DNA of 64,000 bases, taken from positions 210,800,001 through 210,864,000 of the forward strand of contig OX597814.1 in assembly GCA_951406725.2 (NCBI GenBank). Reading direction: 5' to 3'. Shown one piece after another: positions 14,180 to 27,699 of the stretch. The stretch comes from Octopus vulgaris. Taxonomy: Eukaryota. The notes beneath the pieces are model-generated. The model searched no databases and was not told the DNA's origin. It saw nothing but the letters and a program-made list of their open reading frames with translations. The position numbers and the translations under genes are program-made. Numbering within the stretch: the stretch's first letter is position 1; each line of letters starts with the position of its first letter.

Positions 14180-14440
14180 AGACGCATGTCTTGGTGGTTA
14201 GAGCGTCGAGTTTCCGATCGTGAGGCTGTAATTTTCATTCCCGGACCGGCCTGCTTCTTGTGTTCCTGAGCGAGGAACTATATTTCACTTTACTCCAGTT
14301 CCCTCAGCTTTAGAAATGAGTTGCCAGGTCAAAGGTGCCAAGATGTATTGAGCTTTGCCTTTCCCTCCGATAACACCGGTTAGCATGGAGAGTGGAGGCA
14401 GGTATGCATGGGCGACTATCAGTCTTCCATAAAAACAACC
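14180..14440 (+). mobile_element. Diverged tRNA-derived SINE (second family), 3'-truncated
   Basis: TGGTGGTTAGAGCG...ATTCCCGGACCGG head. 14385-14440 matches the reverse complement of about 48655-48710. Confidence 0.7.
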
Positions 14441-14612
14441 CTAAAAAACACAAACTGGGACAAGAACGCAAAACATTTAGAAGACGATACAAAAAACACG
14501 GACGGGACATTCGAAGCCTTCAATCTTCAGTCAAGAACCAGATCATCCTCGCAATTTCGGCTGTATCGTCTTCTAAATGTTTTGCGTTCTTGTCCCAGTT
14601 TGCATTTTGTTA
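14441..14612. mobile_element. Family A mini-element with 41-bp perfect inverted arms
   Basis: 14451-14491 is the exact reverse complement of 14562-14602. The spacer carries CTGAAGA...GAA on the minus strand. The right end abuts (TA)n. Confidence 0.7.
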
Positions 14613-14662
14613 CATATATATATATATATATATATATATACAGGTAGATAGATATATAGATA

Positions 14663-15504
14663 TTTGAGTGGTTGCCCGAAAGAAACCTGAATTTTACAAT
14701 GTTACTTTTATTCACTTAGTTTTACATGTTTACACTATTGTCGCATTCAGAGTATTCTCCATTTGAAGCAATGTATCGGGATAATGTCGTTTTCTACTGT
14801 TAGAAGCAGAGCTGAAAATCTTGCGGAAGGATGTCTTTCAACGCCTCGGTGGGTTTCTTTTCATCTCTTCTATCTGCAAATCCGTAGCACCAGCTTTCGT
14901 CACAAGGACCGAATCAATTTCCTAATATTCTTTCATTTCACGACACATTCATTCGTGACTGTTTTTCATCTTCTGTGAGCAAGCGAGACGCACATTTTGC
15001 AGCAACGCTTTTCATTTGCAATGATTCACTCAAACTCCGTTGGCAGGAGCTCCAGGACGCACCAGTCATATGAATTCGTCAGCTGAAATTCAAGATCAGT
15101 TCATGAATTTACCTGGTGGTTATTCGTTCGGGAGGTCGTCGGAATCCCTGAACGACGTTGGTCTTCAAGCGACAAGTGACCATTCCTAAAGGGGGAAAAC
15201 CACTCCTAAACTTGTGTTTTGATCATGACAACGCGCCAGTAAATTGGTTGGAGCATGACAACTGTTTTGGCCGACGTTTTGTCGAGCAGAAAACAGAATT
15301 TCACGGAAGTAAAGTTTTTCTTTCGTTCCAGCTATCGCGAAAATAGATGAACAGGGGAGAAACATTGTAAAACATAGACGCACCACGTGATGGTACAACC
15401 ACACTCGACGACGCCGAACGGCTGACTGATGCCTGAGTGCCGCATGAAATGGCTTCTAGCGGCCTACAGAGAACGTTTTCCGCTACTTTTCGGTACCTAC
15501 TCAA
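14663..15504 (-). mobile_element. Internally deleted mariner element
   Basis: Degenerate TIRs (TTGAGTGGTTGCCCGAAAG versus TTGAGTAGGTACCGAAAAG). N-terminal VKFCFLLDKT and C-terminal ALKDILPQDFQLCF...YIASNGEYSE remnants. Confidence 0.75.
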
Positions 15505-16951
15505 GTGCAAATATATACATATATATGTATATTACGATATGGATGTGAAGTGCGGGTCAATGTATAACGCGTGATTATAAATACGCAGACTTAACATCGT
15601 AGTCCGACTTGATAGTTGTAGTATGATGGTCATTACAATAGCAGACGAATCCTTAGTTCTTAAACTGTGATACTAAATAAACATGTTTTTAATTAATTGA
15701 AATCTTATCAAGATTAATCGTCGTATGATGCAAGCTATACGCGTACTTTCTGCTTCTCAGTGTTTCACGTCCACCTTAGTGTTTTGAGATTTGCATATTG
15801 CCAAAAGATAACAAATTGCAAGGATTGTATAGAAAATATAGTCCTGGTCAAATACCTGCAAGACAAAATTAATTACAACTTATATAAGTTAAGAACTAAA
15901 AATGCTTACACACGCATATATATTCATTCAAATACAACTGTAGCAGTATAGATATTCTACTATAAATGAATAATGTCTATCTTCATTATAAACGCATGCA
16001 TGTACACTCATAGACATATGCTCTTATAAGTATGGATATATATACACCTATATATATGAACATATATATATAGTTAAATTTATACATTTAAACATTCACG
16101 CACGCACACACATTTATATGCATATATACATTCTTACACAGGTACGCACATATATATCTAAATATATATGTAAAAGTGTGTATACGTATGTAGGTGTGAA
16201 TATATATGTGTGTCTGTTTATGGTTATTTGTATTTACTCCTATATAATTGTGTATGTGTCTACATATGTATGTATAAGCCTGATGAGAATTTGTTACATT
16301 TCGTCTGCGAACAACTCTTATTGATTTTGCGTGAAAAATGCGAATATCTACAGAAGTAATCAATACATAATGTTATTGATCATTCTATGAGTTTTAAGTC
16401 GATAAATTCTTAAAAAAAAACCAAAAACCAAAAAATAATGCATGCAAAACAACACTTGAAACAGTATGTTCAATAATGGATGTGCGTAAAACATTTTTTT
16501 CTCTTTCTACATTTCACATCGAACTTGCTCTCGTTTGGATACTTTCTTAGTTTTTGACCATTTTAACAAACAAGAAACAAATTAAGAAAGAAGAAGGTTA
16601 CATTAGAAAAAAATATTAAAACAAATAAGAATATATTTGATATTGATTTTGATCGGCCTACTGAAATAGAAATAAATTAATGAATTTTAATTTTTAATTT
16701 TCAATTTTTTTTTTCCAACGTTATCTATCATTTTGCTTTGAATCGCCTATGAGGCAATTGGTAGTGGTAGTTCACATAGTCTCATTATATAGAGTTTCAT
16801 TCTCACATACATATGCATACACATTATTATATTGGCAAACACATACACACTCATGTATATTCACATATATATATATATATAAGTCCTTGTGTATGCATGT
16901 GTATTTGTTTACTACACACACACGCACGCGTTTATATATAAATATACATAA

Positions 16952-17008
<57 letters not shown>

Positions 17009-17087
17009 CACAGACACACACACACACACATATGTATATCTATATATATATATATATATATATACAGACACACACACACACATATGT

Positions 17088-17160
<73 letters not shown>

Positions 17161-17616
17161 TACACGTTTGTGTGCGTGCATTGACATTTTCATGTGTGTA
17201 AATATCTGCAAAATGTCGGTGTGCACTATTTTCGTTAGTTATTTTTGATTATAATTGTCAATTTTCGTATCCATACAAAATGATATTTTCAAGTCAGATG
17301 AAAATACTATAATTGTATTTGCCTTTATTTGTCTTTCTATTTATTCTATAAATTCGAAACAAATACGTTTTCGAATTCCAAAAGATATGTTATTCCGCTT
17401 TCTCTTTGTTTATTTAATATTATCTCATGCTATTCACTCTCAGTTTTCTTATCTATTTTGATTTGCTCTGAAATGATTCCAGAAAATTCTCCCGTTCACT
17501 CTAACTACATGCATTACAAATAAAGATGCAGAACCAAACCCACATAGATATATTTATAAGCACATATGTATTTCTACACGTGTATGTGTGTAATACATAT
17601 AATCACACGCACACAC

Positions 17617-17677
<61 letters not shown>

Positions 17678-17724
17678 CATACATGTGTGTGTATCGTTGT
17701 GTGAGTATATATGCATGTCTATGT

Positions 17725-17771
<47 letters not shown>

Positions 17772-20700
17772 CAAGTATTGCATGACGCTGCAGTTAGCTA
17801 CTTACGCAGTAATGGATCAGTTTATGGCTGTAGCTATGCTTCGTAGTTTCGTATTTTGGATTATAATGTTAACTTTTACATTTTCCAATAATCGTGACGA
17901 AAACTAGAATCAATGTTCTCTTATCTCTTTCCACTTCACTACTGCTGCCTGATGAGCCTATATGTTTATTGCTGTAATTATGAGTGATGACATAGTTGCA
18001 ATCAGTGATTGAGCTTTTAAAAATAACCACAATTGAAATGGTATTATTCTCTTCCCAGAAAAGAGTAAAATTTTGTTATCGAATGTCAGTCAAACCATGA
18101 ATCCTTATGTAATTATTTGTTGACAAAATATGTTTCCAACATTCACAGATAACAATGATTACTCATCTATGAAATAAAGATTAGTAGAACTCTACAAGTC
18201 GTATGAGCAACGTATATCTCAAGAGTTTTATGTCTTAACATGATTTGAATGAGATTAAACATTATTGGAAACAATATTATTCTTAAGAAATATGTATGCG
18301 TGTTGTGACTGCCTCCTCCAGGCATCTCAAAGCGCAAAAAGGAAGGTGAGTCGTTGATTATCAAAATAACAATCCCAGTCACTTTCCATTCAATAATTTG
18401 CAATGGAACAGAATCGATGCATATGCTATACAAATCCGAAGTTGAAGACTAGAGTTACTAAATTGAAAGTAAATAGTTTTAGCTATATATTGGTATAACA
18501 TGCTCCTGGGCAGGTCAAGCAACTTAAGCAGCTTTACACGACTCAAGTATTTTAGTGATATTTATTTTATTGACCGATGTTGGTTGAATCACAATGGCAA
18601 AATTGGTAAAAATTTAACATTAAATCAAAAGGAGTGCAACTTTAAAGCGAAATAGTCCACTGTTTTCTGCAAATTCCGCCTAAACATCAAAAACGTTATT
18701 TAAATAAATAATCAATAATTAATTGATTTATTGACTCTGATAAACAACATCGAAAGAATGTTTGAAATATTTCAGGCTCTGTATTTTCCGGTTGCAAAGC
18801 CAAAAAGGCTTCTGTGTCAAGACCCCGGATGGGCAAGTAAATGGACTAAAAAAAAAAAAAGAAAGAATGATGGGATAATAGGCAGCTGTTTTAACATGTA
18901 GCATGCCACATTGTTGATACCTTTCGTTAATTGGGTAGATAAGAGCAACAATCATTGCACTAACCGACTCAAGCTTTACTTCTACGTACGAATTTCTCTC
19001 TCTATCTCTCTTCTCACTCTCTCCTCTCTCACTTCTCACTCTCTCTCTTCTCTCTCTCTCTTTCTCTGAATATTTTACCCATACATTGCTTCTTACATGC
19101 TGCTATAATATACACATATAATCCCATATTCATTTTTACATTCGTTCACACATATTCTTCCAATCTTCACACAATACTTAACAGAAATGCAGTTTTGCTG
19201 AAAGTGCATTCATATAAATTTGTAATTATTTAGAAGCAATTGAAAATTAAATTACTACCAACAGAATTCTATCATTTTTAATGAACTTGTGAAGTGAATA
19301 TATTAAACGGAATGGCCTAAGATTTGTGAAATTTGGGAAATCTCGTACCAAAAAAGATAGAAATGTTGTTTCCGTAAAAGTAGGATGTAGTAGGTTTCCA
19401 GCTACATGTCATATTTCCGGGATTGTCTTTAACAAAAAACGATAAGCAAAGAAACGATTTGTTATCTAAAGGAAGATGTAGAAAAAAGCATAGCTATTGA
19501 TATGACGGATGTATATCAATGAACGATTTCTGCTTGGTACAAAGATAAGATACTAAATGATAAATGTAGCATGGTTTCTGGCTTTACTGGTCGCAGCTAA
19601 AACTAATACTATATGCAGATTACGGAAGGGAGGAAACTTCTATAGTGTGGGCCAAAATAACCTTGATATTCTATTTTATCATTGCTGTTGTAATTCATAT
19701 TAAAACGAAAATACATACTGAATTGCTCACTCAAGTGATATACAGGAAAAAATTCACGACTCAATATCCACACCATGAAGACGTGAAGAATTGTGCTATT
19801 TTATTATCAGATGGAATCACTATTAGACAACGTAAAACCCATGACCAGGACAAACTCTGGCAAATTTTATAATGATGTGGTCAGTCGTCACATCTATGAA
19901 CAGTATTCTATCTGTCATTAAGTGCTTGTTTATGTTAGTACATAAACAGTAAGCCATATGTAAGTAAGACGTATGTTATGAGCGTTCCGATGTTTTATAC
20001 CGTCAATAAAACTTCTTTCGAGAAGATATTTTTTCCGTGGAACTATATTTTATGAATGAATGTATTTGTGTACCACCTTACTGCGATTGATTGGTGAATA
20101 TATATAGAAAATCTCCTATAGAATTGATGCAACTTCTATTAGTAATGCAGTCACATCTTCCAAAATTATACTTATACTTGTGAACAAGTAATATTTGTTT
20201 TCTCCCCGGGTACACAGTTTCTTGCGTCAGGAATATTCTGTCAACATAACATTTCGAAAAAATCTGAAGATTCGCTCAGTATTATTCCATGTCAATATTG
20301 TTCAATTTTTTGCGTTTATTCAATTACGAAATTACTTCATGTCTATATTTCAATAGTTACTGCCAGCAAACAATTTTTTATATATGATTGTTTGCATAGA
20401 GTCTAAAATGCTTTATATACTTTATAAATAGTGGTTGTAATTTCGAAATATGACGTATTATATTCTCAGCGCTCAAAATTTTGGGGAATGTTTTGCTTGA
20501 ATACTGTGTTGATTTTTTTACCTTATCACATATACAGTTACTAAAATGGTTGCTAAGTGCAGTGCAATGAGACTACCAGGAACGTCATGTCAGAATTTAA
20601 TCATCCATTTTTTGTTTGGTTTTAGCTCAGAAAAATGATGGATTTAGCTGCATTGAGTATATGGTCATATTGATTAAAGTTTTTATAGTGCACTTATTGC

Positions 20701-21332
20701 AATAAAATATTTATATTAAAATAGTATCTTTTAATAATACAAGGCAGATGTCTCAATGCTATAATTGATTACAAATTCAATTACAGTTATTAGGCTAGCA
20801 GAATTTCAATTTCTGAATAGCAATTTCAAATTTGCATTTAATTTCAATATTGTTTTCATATGTGAAATAATAGTCACACACACGCACGCACGCACGCGTA
20901 CACGCACACAGAGAGGCATGCACAAATACTTATATACATATGAGTAACTATACATATACATATTATGATGCGTTTGTATTTATATATATATATATTCTAA
21001 TATGATACTGTATAGCATTAAATGGAATATGAAATATACCATTTCGTTAGAGAAAATTTGGGGCGTGGACGTAAAGAAAAACCACTAGAATCAGCAATTC
21101 GTACACGTGCAAGAGTAAAAGCCATGACTGAAAATGACTTTAGGTGAAAGAATTTGCTGAAGTATCATCTCCAACCAGCAATGAATGATAGAATCCGTGA
21201 ATCCGTTCATTACATATGTGTGTGTATGTGTATGTGCGTATATGCGTGAGTATGTGCGTGCGTGAGTATTTGTATGTGCGCATGTGCCTGCATATGTACT
21301 ATTTTATACGATATATATATATCTATCTATTC

Positions 21333-21368
<36 letters not shown>

Positions 21369-21381
21369 GTCTATCTATCTA

Positions 21382-21445
<64 letters not shown>

Positions 21446-21446
<1 letters not shown>

Positions 21447-21635
21447 CGGGAAGGTTTACGAAAATAAACAAAAGACGAAGGCAGGTGGAGTACAAACAAA
21501 CAATTGTATTAGTATGGCGATCACGAATAGAAATAAAACAAGTCTTTTACGTTTCGAGCCTACGCTCTTGGACAGAAAGATACGCAGAAAAGAAAAAAGG
21601 AGAGCAAAAAAATGCTGTAGGAGCTAACGGTACGA
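21446..21635 (-). mobile_element. Short non-coding repeat (family B) with minimal hammerhead-like fold, 3' end in (TA)n
   Basis: Reverse complement aligns with 43663-43850 and contains TCTTT-CTGTCCA-A-GAGC-GTAG-GCTC-GAAA-CG-TA-AAAGA. Confidence 0.65.
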
Positions 21636-21659
21636 AAACCTACAGACAAAATATTTGTC

Positions 21660-21870
21660 ACTTATCATTTATATTTTATTTGTTTCAGTGATTTGACTGA
21701 AGCCATTTCGTTACAAAAACATAAACACTACAGTTCTCAAGCGCCGGCGGTGGGGAGAGACGCAGAAACAAAGACACACACACAGAGATAAACATATATA
21801 TATACGTGACATACTTCTTTCAGTTTTCGTCAACCAAGTGCAGAGACAAGGCTTTGGTAGACGGAGAGAA
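21660..21870 (-). mobile_element. Old SINE remnant of the 7263 family
   Basis: TTGTTTCAGTGATTTGACTG and CTTCTTTCAGTTTTCGTCAACCAA match reverse-complemented SINE segments. Confidence 0.65.
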
Positions 21871-22112
21871 TAATTTAACACATGAATTAGAAGCAGCGTT
21901 AGTGTTATAAACATTATCGATAATATGTTCTCAAAGTAGCATCACTGCTCCCTGTTGCGTGGTGGAGATGACTCTCTTAGATCGGTAGGTGTTAAAACAC
22001 CCATTGCCATAGTTAGGCGAAAGCACTCTATAATATATATATATAATATATATATAATATATATATATATATATGTGTATATTGAATAATTGTTACTTTA
22101 TTTCACAGCTAA

Positions 22113-22168
22113 ATTTCCTCTATTTACATAATATTGAGGTATATTTCTTTTGTTATCTTACCGTTTTA

Positions 22169-22173
<5 letters not shown>
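22113..22173 (+). mobile_element. Isolated 3'-terminal tail related to the Penelope-like element at 57935
   Basis: ATTTCCTCTATTTACATAATATTGAGGT...TTTCTTTTGTTATCTTACCGTTTTA-CAAT matches the reverse complement of 57934-57998 and is followed by (TA)n. Confidence 0.8.
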
Positions 22174-22234
<61 letters not shown>

Positions 22235-22317
22235 GATTTTGAATTTTGATTTTGATTTTTCCAGTTTCAGCTAATGAGCTGTGGCCATGCTGGGGCACCG
22301 CCATTGCTGGGGCACCG
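22235..22317 (-). mobile_element. SINE/LINE 3'-tail fragment between TA tracts
   Basis: Reverse complement GGCGGTGCCCCAGCATGGCCACAGCTCATTAGCTGAAAC plus an (AAAATC)n tail. TGCTGGGGCACCG is duplicated. Confidence 0.7.
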
Positions 22318-22334
22318 TATATATATATATATAT

Positions 22335-22418
<84 letters not shown>

Positions 22419-22425
22419 TATATAT

Positions 22426-22549
<124 letters not shown>

Positions 22550-22849
22550 AACACGCACACACAAATATATGGAGAAGTCACACGACAGTAAATGAAGATT
22601 CCATAAATACTATATGTAATTCTGTATTGACTTAAATGGAAAATTGTCTCCCAAAAAGGACTTCCGTTTAAGAACAAATCATGAGGTTTCATATTGAGAT
22701 GCTTTACTTATATTCCTTTAGATGCTAAGCATGATTTAATCTTGGAATTAAATTGTTTTCATCTACTGTCAGGTGACGTTTGGTCATCGCTGTATATATA
22801 CACACACACACACGTGCACAAGTATAAATGTGTGTATGTGGCTTATGCC

Positions 22850-22976
22850 TGATTTTGTCTGCCAACATCTCTTGGCAACCAGTGTTGGTGTGTTTCCCTC
22901 CCGGTCACCTATCGTTTACGGAAAATACATTCCTCAATGCGGAATCCCAGTAATGACTGAAACTAGTGAAAGATAA
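22850..22976 (+). mobile_element. Degenerate, deleted SINE 3' half
   Basis: CAACC-GTGTTGGTGTGTTT and ATGACTGAAACTAGTGAAAG resemble the 7263 SINE. Confidence 0.55.
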
Positions 22977-23749
22977 ATGGTATATAAAGTATATAAGTAC
23001 ACAAATATATTTAAATATGTGTGTGTTTGTGTGTGTGTATGTGTGTGTGTGTGTGTCTGTGCGTGTGTGCCTCTGTGTGTGTATTCATTGTATCATAGAA
23101 TAATTTATATATTCATCACATGTATTCATTGTCGATAAAATAATTCATGCATTGAAAGACAAAATGAAAATTGAGAAGGCGAGAAAATGATTTGCGTGAA
23201 CTTATTGTATAAAAATTGCATGCCGACTGACAATATAATACGTCCAAGGGACATTATATAAACATTTGTAAATATACACCTATACAATCCAGTTTTATAA
23301 CATTTCTAGGGCCCATATTTCGCCGCGAGCATTTTCGTGATTTTCAGCAATGGATACATTATTTTTTAATTTTATTTATATTTTAATTAATATTTTTAAT
23401 ATATTATCTTTATTACTGAAATGTTTGTGGCTGATGGTCTTTCTGCTTTATTATTATTAATTTTATTTTCGTAGTAGTATATTATTTATATTATTGCTTT
23501 TTGAAATCGTAATTCATATTATGAGTATTAATATTCTTATTATTGTTATACTTGTTATTATCAAAATTTGATAGACTGAAAACATTTTGCTAGAAGTATT
23601 TAAATACAATAGTTCTATTATAGTGGTGTTCACTGCCTTGTAATTCAGCCCTAATTAAATTGTTCAAAATGGCAATGATTTATTGCTAACATAACGTATG
23701 AATCAATCAGTCAATCAATAATGATAATAATAATAATAATAATAATAAT

Positions 23750-23795
<46 letters not shown>

Positions 23796-23805
23796 GTAAT
23801 AATAA

Positions 23806-23846
<41 letters not shown>

Positions 23847-24554
23847 CATAATAACAACAACAAGAATGGACATATCAGACCAAAACAACAACATTCTCAT
23901 AAGTAGACAAAGTGTTTTAGTAATTATATACTGTATGTGAAATGTATGTAGATGGCGGAGAAAGATAAAGGGAAATAAAATATTCATCAGGAAACTATGA
24001 TTGAATATATAATTGTCCTAAACATATCAACAAAAATAGGCTTTTCGCCAGACATTCTATTATAAAAAGGAAGACAAAAATATAATAAGTGAAAATTTTA
24101 ATATCTGAAGTATAGAAGAAAAACAATTAAATGGAGAGAAAATAATATGTGCAGTAATATATTTGAAGAATTAATTCTAAACCTTATATTGTAACAAGTT
24201 CAAAAATTTCAGTTGCGATTATATTCATTGAAATTCTCTGAAGCTGGGTAAATTTTATTTGTTATTATTCATAATTGTTTGGCAATATATTTTTCATCAG
24301 CATTATATAAGTAATCATTAAGTATAATGATTATGTTACATAGACAGGATAAGGTTTTGCAGAACGTGGTTATTTGTGTACCGAAGAAACACAAGCATAC
24401 TATTTATCAATAAATAATTATGTCAGTATTTTGGATATTTGAAATAAAGATTCAAAGCGGAGAGAAAGCTTCAAAATGCCGACGTAACGTATTTATTCTA
24501 ACTCAATATACTATGCGGAACCGCCTTCTCCGAATACAGTCGCTGCTGGTGCTG

Positions 24555-24596
<42 letters not shown>

Positions 24597-24654
24597 ATAA
24601 TAATAATAATAATAATAATAATATTAATAATAATGATAATGATAATAATAATAA

Positions 24655-24830
24655 GGACCATATCACTAGCCTCTAAGGGCCATGGTCAAATAAGATCACC
24701 ATCTCACGCACATGCACATGTGGTTGTGAAGCATGTGCTTGGTATACCCTTATCAGACAGGGTGTCATGATGGGTATATTAGGCTTCGTATATTTGACAC
24801 GTGTCTCACTGCTCTCACTCTCTCTCTCTC
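24655..24830 (+). mobile_element. Probable retroposon 3' fragment embedded in (TAA)n
   Basis: A complex 175-bp island with (TAA)n arrays on both sides. Family not identifiable from this window. Confidence 0.4.
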
Positions 24831-24866
24831 TAAATAATAACCACAACAACAACAATAATAATAATG

Positions 24867-24933
<67 letters not shown>

Positions 24934-25349
24934 TAATAATAATATTAATAATAATAATAATAATAATAATAAGTTCAATTTAATCAATACGTTTACTAGA
25001 AGGGTTAAGATTTTACAGAGTATTGTAAAATAATTTGCTGTTATATAAAATCCCGTAAAGAGTAAATTAACCCTACAGTCAAGAAATAATACTCTCAAAA
25101 GAAAGATTTCCTAAATTTGCTCAAAGAAAATATTAAAAAAGCAAGATCACTTTCCACCCCATCAATCTCTGTCATTTACATTATACTTCCCACTCACATT
25201 TCATTTTTAAGAATTTCACTAGAAAGTAGCGCTTAAATCTACATAGTCACATTCGATTTCCATTGAAACTGAATTAAGTTGATCAGGGCTCGGCCAAAAA
25301 TGGAGAGCGATTCAGTGTTGAAATCTTTCGAACTCATTTACTACATAGT

Positions 25350-26280
25350 CTATTTCTTTAACGCTACTAGACAGATACACATTACCCCTTCTTCTAAGAC
25401 AAAAGAAGACGATGGGACAATGTCCTCAAACGATTCAACACTATAGTTTAATCTGTCTTACATTCAGAAGTAGGTATTTACCAAACGTCCACAAGTTATC
25501 AATGCTCAAGTATTGGATGTACGTGTGCAGAACAGTTTTCTCACATTGAAAGCATTTAGAGAAGGCCCAGCTGACGGCATTTCCATACCTCTACAGATTA
25601 TGTTGAAACGGTAATGCGACCAAGTAGAAGTGGCAGGATATAGATGTTTCGAAATAATCCATGAGCAATCCATCGAAAGAAAATACCAGGCCAGTAGCTA
25701 GTATGCTGTTTTTGACGCAAACAGTGTAACCCACCACCCAGCTTATCATTCTGTCCTGCTAGTTAACCACTTCAAATCAGAACTGCAATGTCCGTGTGGT
25801 GGCGGACTGAGAGGACTGATCCCACGATCCAAGAGACGGATCTTGATCTACGTATCGGTCAGGACAGTAGATTTGTGAAAAACGAGTCTGAGAAATGGCA
25901 ACTACAACCGTTCTCTGTCATGTAGACAGTAGAAACGTCGCACCCTCATCAAATGTAAGTGTATCATTAACCAGTCCTCCATTTAGTGTGTTGTCATTAA
26001 AAGGTGAACCTTTACAATGCGACCTGTCTCTTCTAACAAAATCAGGAAGGTAGGCGGTCCAACTCGGTGAAACATGAAAATTTATGATGGATGGGATGTA
26101 ACCACTCGCATCTGCGACGGATATCTCCAAGAAAGCCTACCGTCAGCATATTTCTTTGTAATAATGACTAATTTGCTCGTTACGTTGTTCTACTTAGTGG
26201 CCTTTGTCAATCCTCACTCTGAACAATGTAAATAGTCCGTCCGTTACCGCTCCGCAACCCTGCCGGAGAACATGGGGCCT
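25350..26280 (-). mobile_element. Highly degenerate Tx1/L1-like LINE C-terminal region
   Basis: GC-elevated block. The minus strand at ~25500-25665 gives MDYFETSISCHFYLVALPFQHNL*RYG...KCFQCEKTVLH...NLW, resembling the zf-RVT Cys/His motif. Boundaries are approximate. Confidence 0.5.
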
Positions 26281-26736
26281 TGAACTTTCTATCATGACCA
26301 TATTGTTATTCAAAAGCTATGCAATATCTGACGTGTTACAGAACGTAGGTGTTAATCTATAAATGGCAAAAATAATTCCCCACATCTTGCCATTTGTGCT
26401 TGGCACAACTGGAGCGATATATAATTTCTGTACGAATATTGGCAAATTGACACGTTGATAACTTCTATAAAATTGCAATACACGGTATCTGAAAACAATT
26501 TAAAGATATCTAACACAGAGATTAGCAATCGTGAACGTCTTTTCTTAATACTAAACATTGAGGAGCACACTCATTCAGGGCAATTATCTATTTCTGAATC
26601 TGAGAACAGAAACTATGTCATAGAAAACATAATTAAATTAATAACAACACGAGCAACAATAGAAGAACAATAGCGGCAAAAGGAAAGGGAGAAGACGATG
26701 GAAGAAAAAATAAAAGAACTTAGTGGTTCAATCTTG

Positions 26737-26769
<33 letters not shown>

Positions 26770-26770
<1 letters not shown>

Positions 26771-27435
26771 GAGATCTGATCAACAAGTATACGGACTGTT
26801 GCCATAGTAAAAGAGATAAAGCAACCAGAGAGAAGCCGCTTCGCACTGACTGACCTTGACTTCTGTTGTGCATGTGTACTAAATTTTAACGTTCTAACTC
26901 GCCTTCGCTGTTTACATCAGTGCTTGGATGTAACGTGTGTAACGTGTGATCGTCACATTGACCATGACAGAGAATGTTGTGAGGACGATATCTGCTCAGA
27001 GGCCTGCACTAATTTACAGAAAGTGAAGAGTGAATGGTAAATGAGTCTCCCACAAGTGTACGAGTGGTTCCGACGTTTCGAAGTTGACGCCAAAATGGCA
27101 ATAATGACGAACGTGTCTACGAGACCCGCAACCGACAGAACTGAGCAGAGGATTGCAGATGTGATTGCAACTGTGAAGCGAAATCGTCGAATCACTATCC
27201 GTGAGTTATCCTAGAATGTGCAGATTAGATACGGTTCAGTCCATTATCGTTGAAAATTTGAGTCTAAGAGGCGTATTTGCCATGTTTGTACCAAAACTGA
27301 TTGCAGCTGACAAAAAACAATACTCGGATTTCATCAGTTGCACCAAATCCCCTTGATTGTGTCGAGCGGCTTAACTCTACGTGCTTTAGCTTCTTTACTG
27401 TAGCAACAGTTCGTGTACTTAGTGATGAGACCTCG
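26770..27435 (+). mobile_element. Mariner deletion derivative with ~55-bp TIRs in TA
   Basis: Left CGAGATCTGATCAACAAGTATACGGACTGTTGC versus right (reverse complement) CGAGGTCTCATCACTAAGTACACGAACTGTTGC, with TA on both sides. Internal MSLPQVYEWFRRFE and VKRNRRITIREL. Confidence 0.88.
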
Positions 27436-27467
27436 TATATATATATATAGATATATAGATATATAAA

Positions 27468-27699
27468 CATTTAAATAATGAGGGAGATAAATTGAATATT
27501 AATTTAATTAATATCAACTTAAAACCAATAGCCTAGCATACAAAAATCTGAAAAATCAGAGAAAATTCTAATACATGTGTATATTGAAAGGGCTAAAATA
27601 CCACTATGTGGTCAGCCATATGCTAGAAGTTTGATCGTAGGTGATCTACTTCTAGCATATGGCTGACCACATAGTGGTTTTTAGCACTTTAAATATATA
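27468..27699. mobile_element. Mini-element with inverted arms (31 bp perfect, ~50 bp imperfect)
   Basis: 27600-27630 is the exact reverse complement of 27648-27678, with a 17-nt spacer. TA-rich flanks. Confidence 0.6.

Noticed and set aside
17940-17990. CTGATGAG hammerhead core or miR-745-like start
   Set aside because: No stem II, GAAA or hairpin follows.
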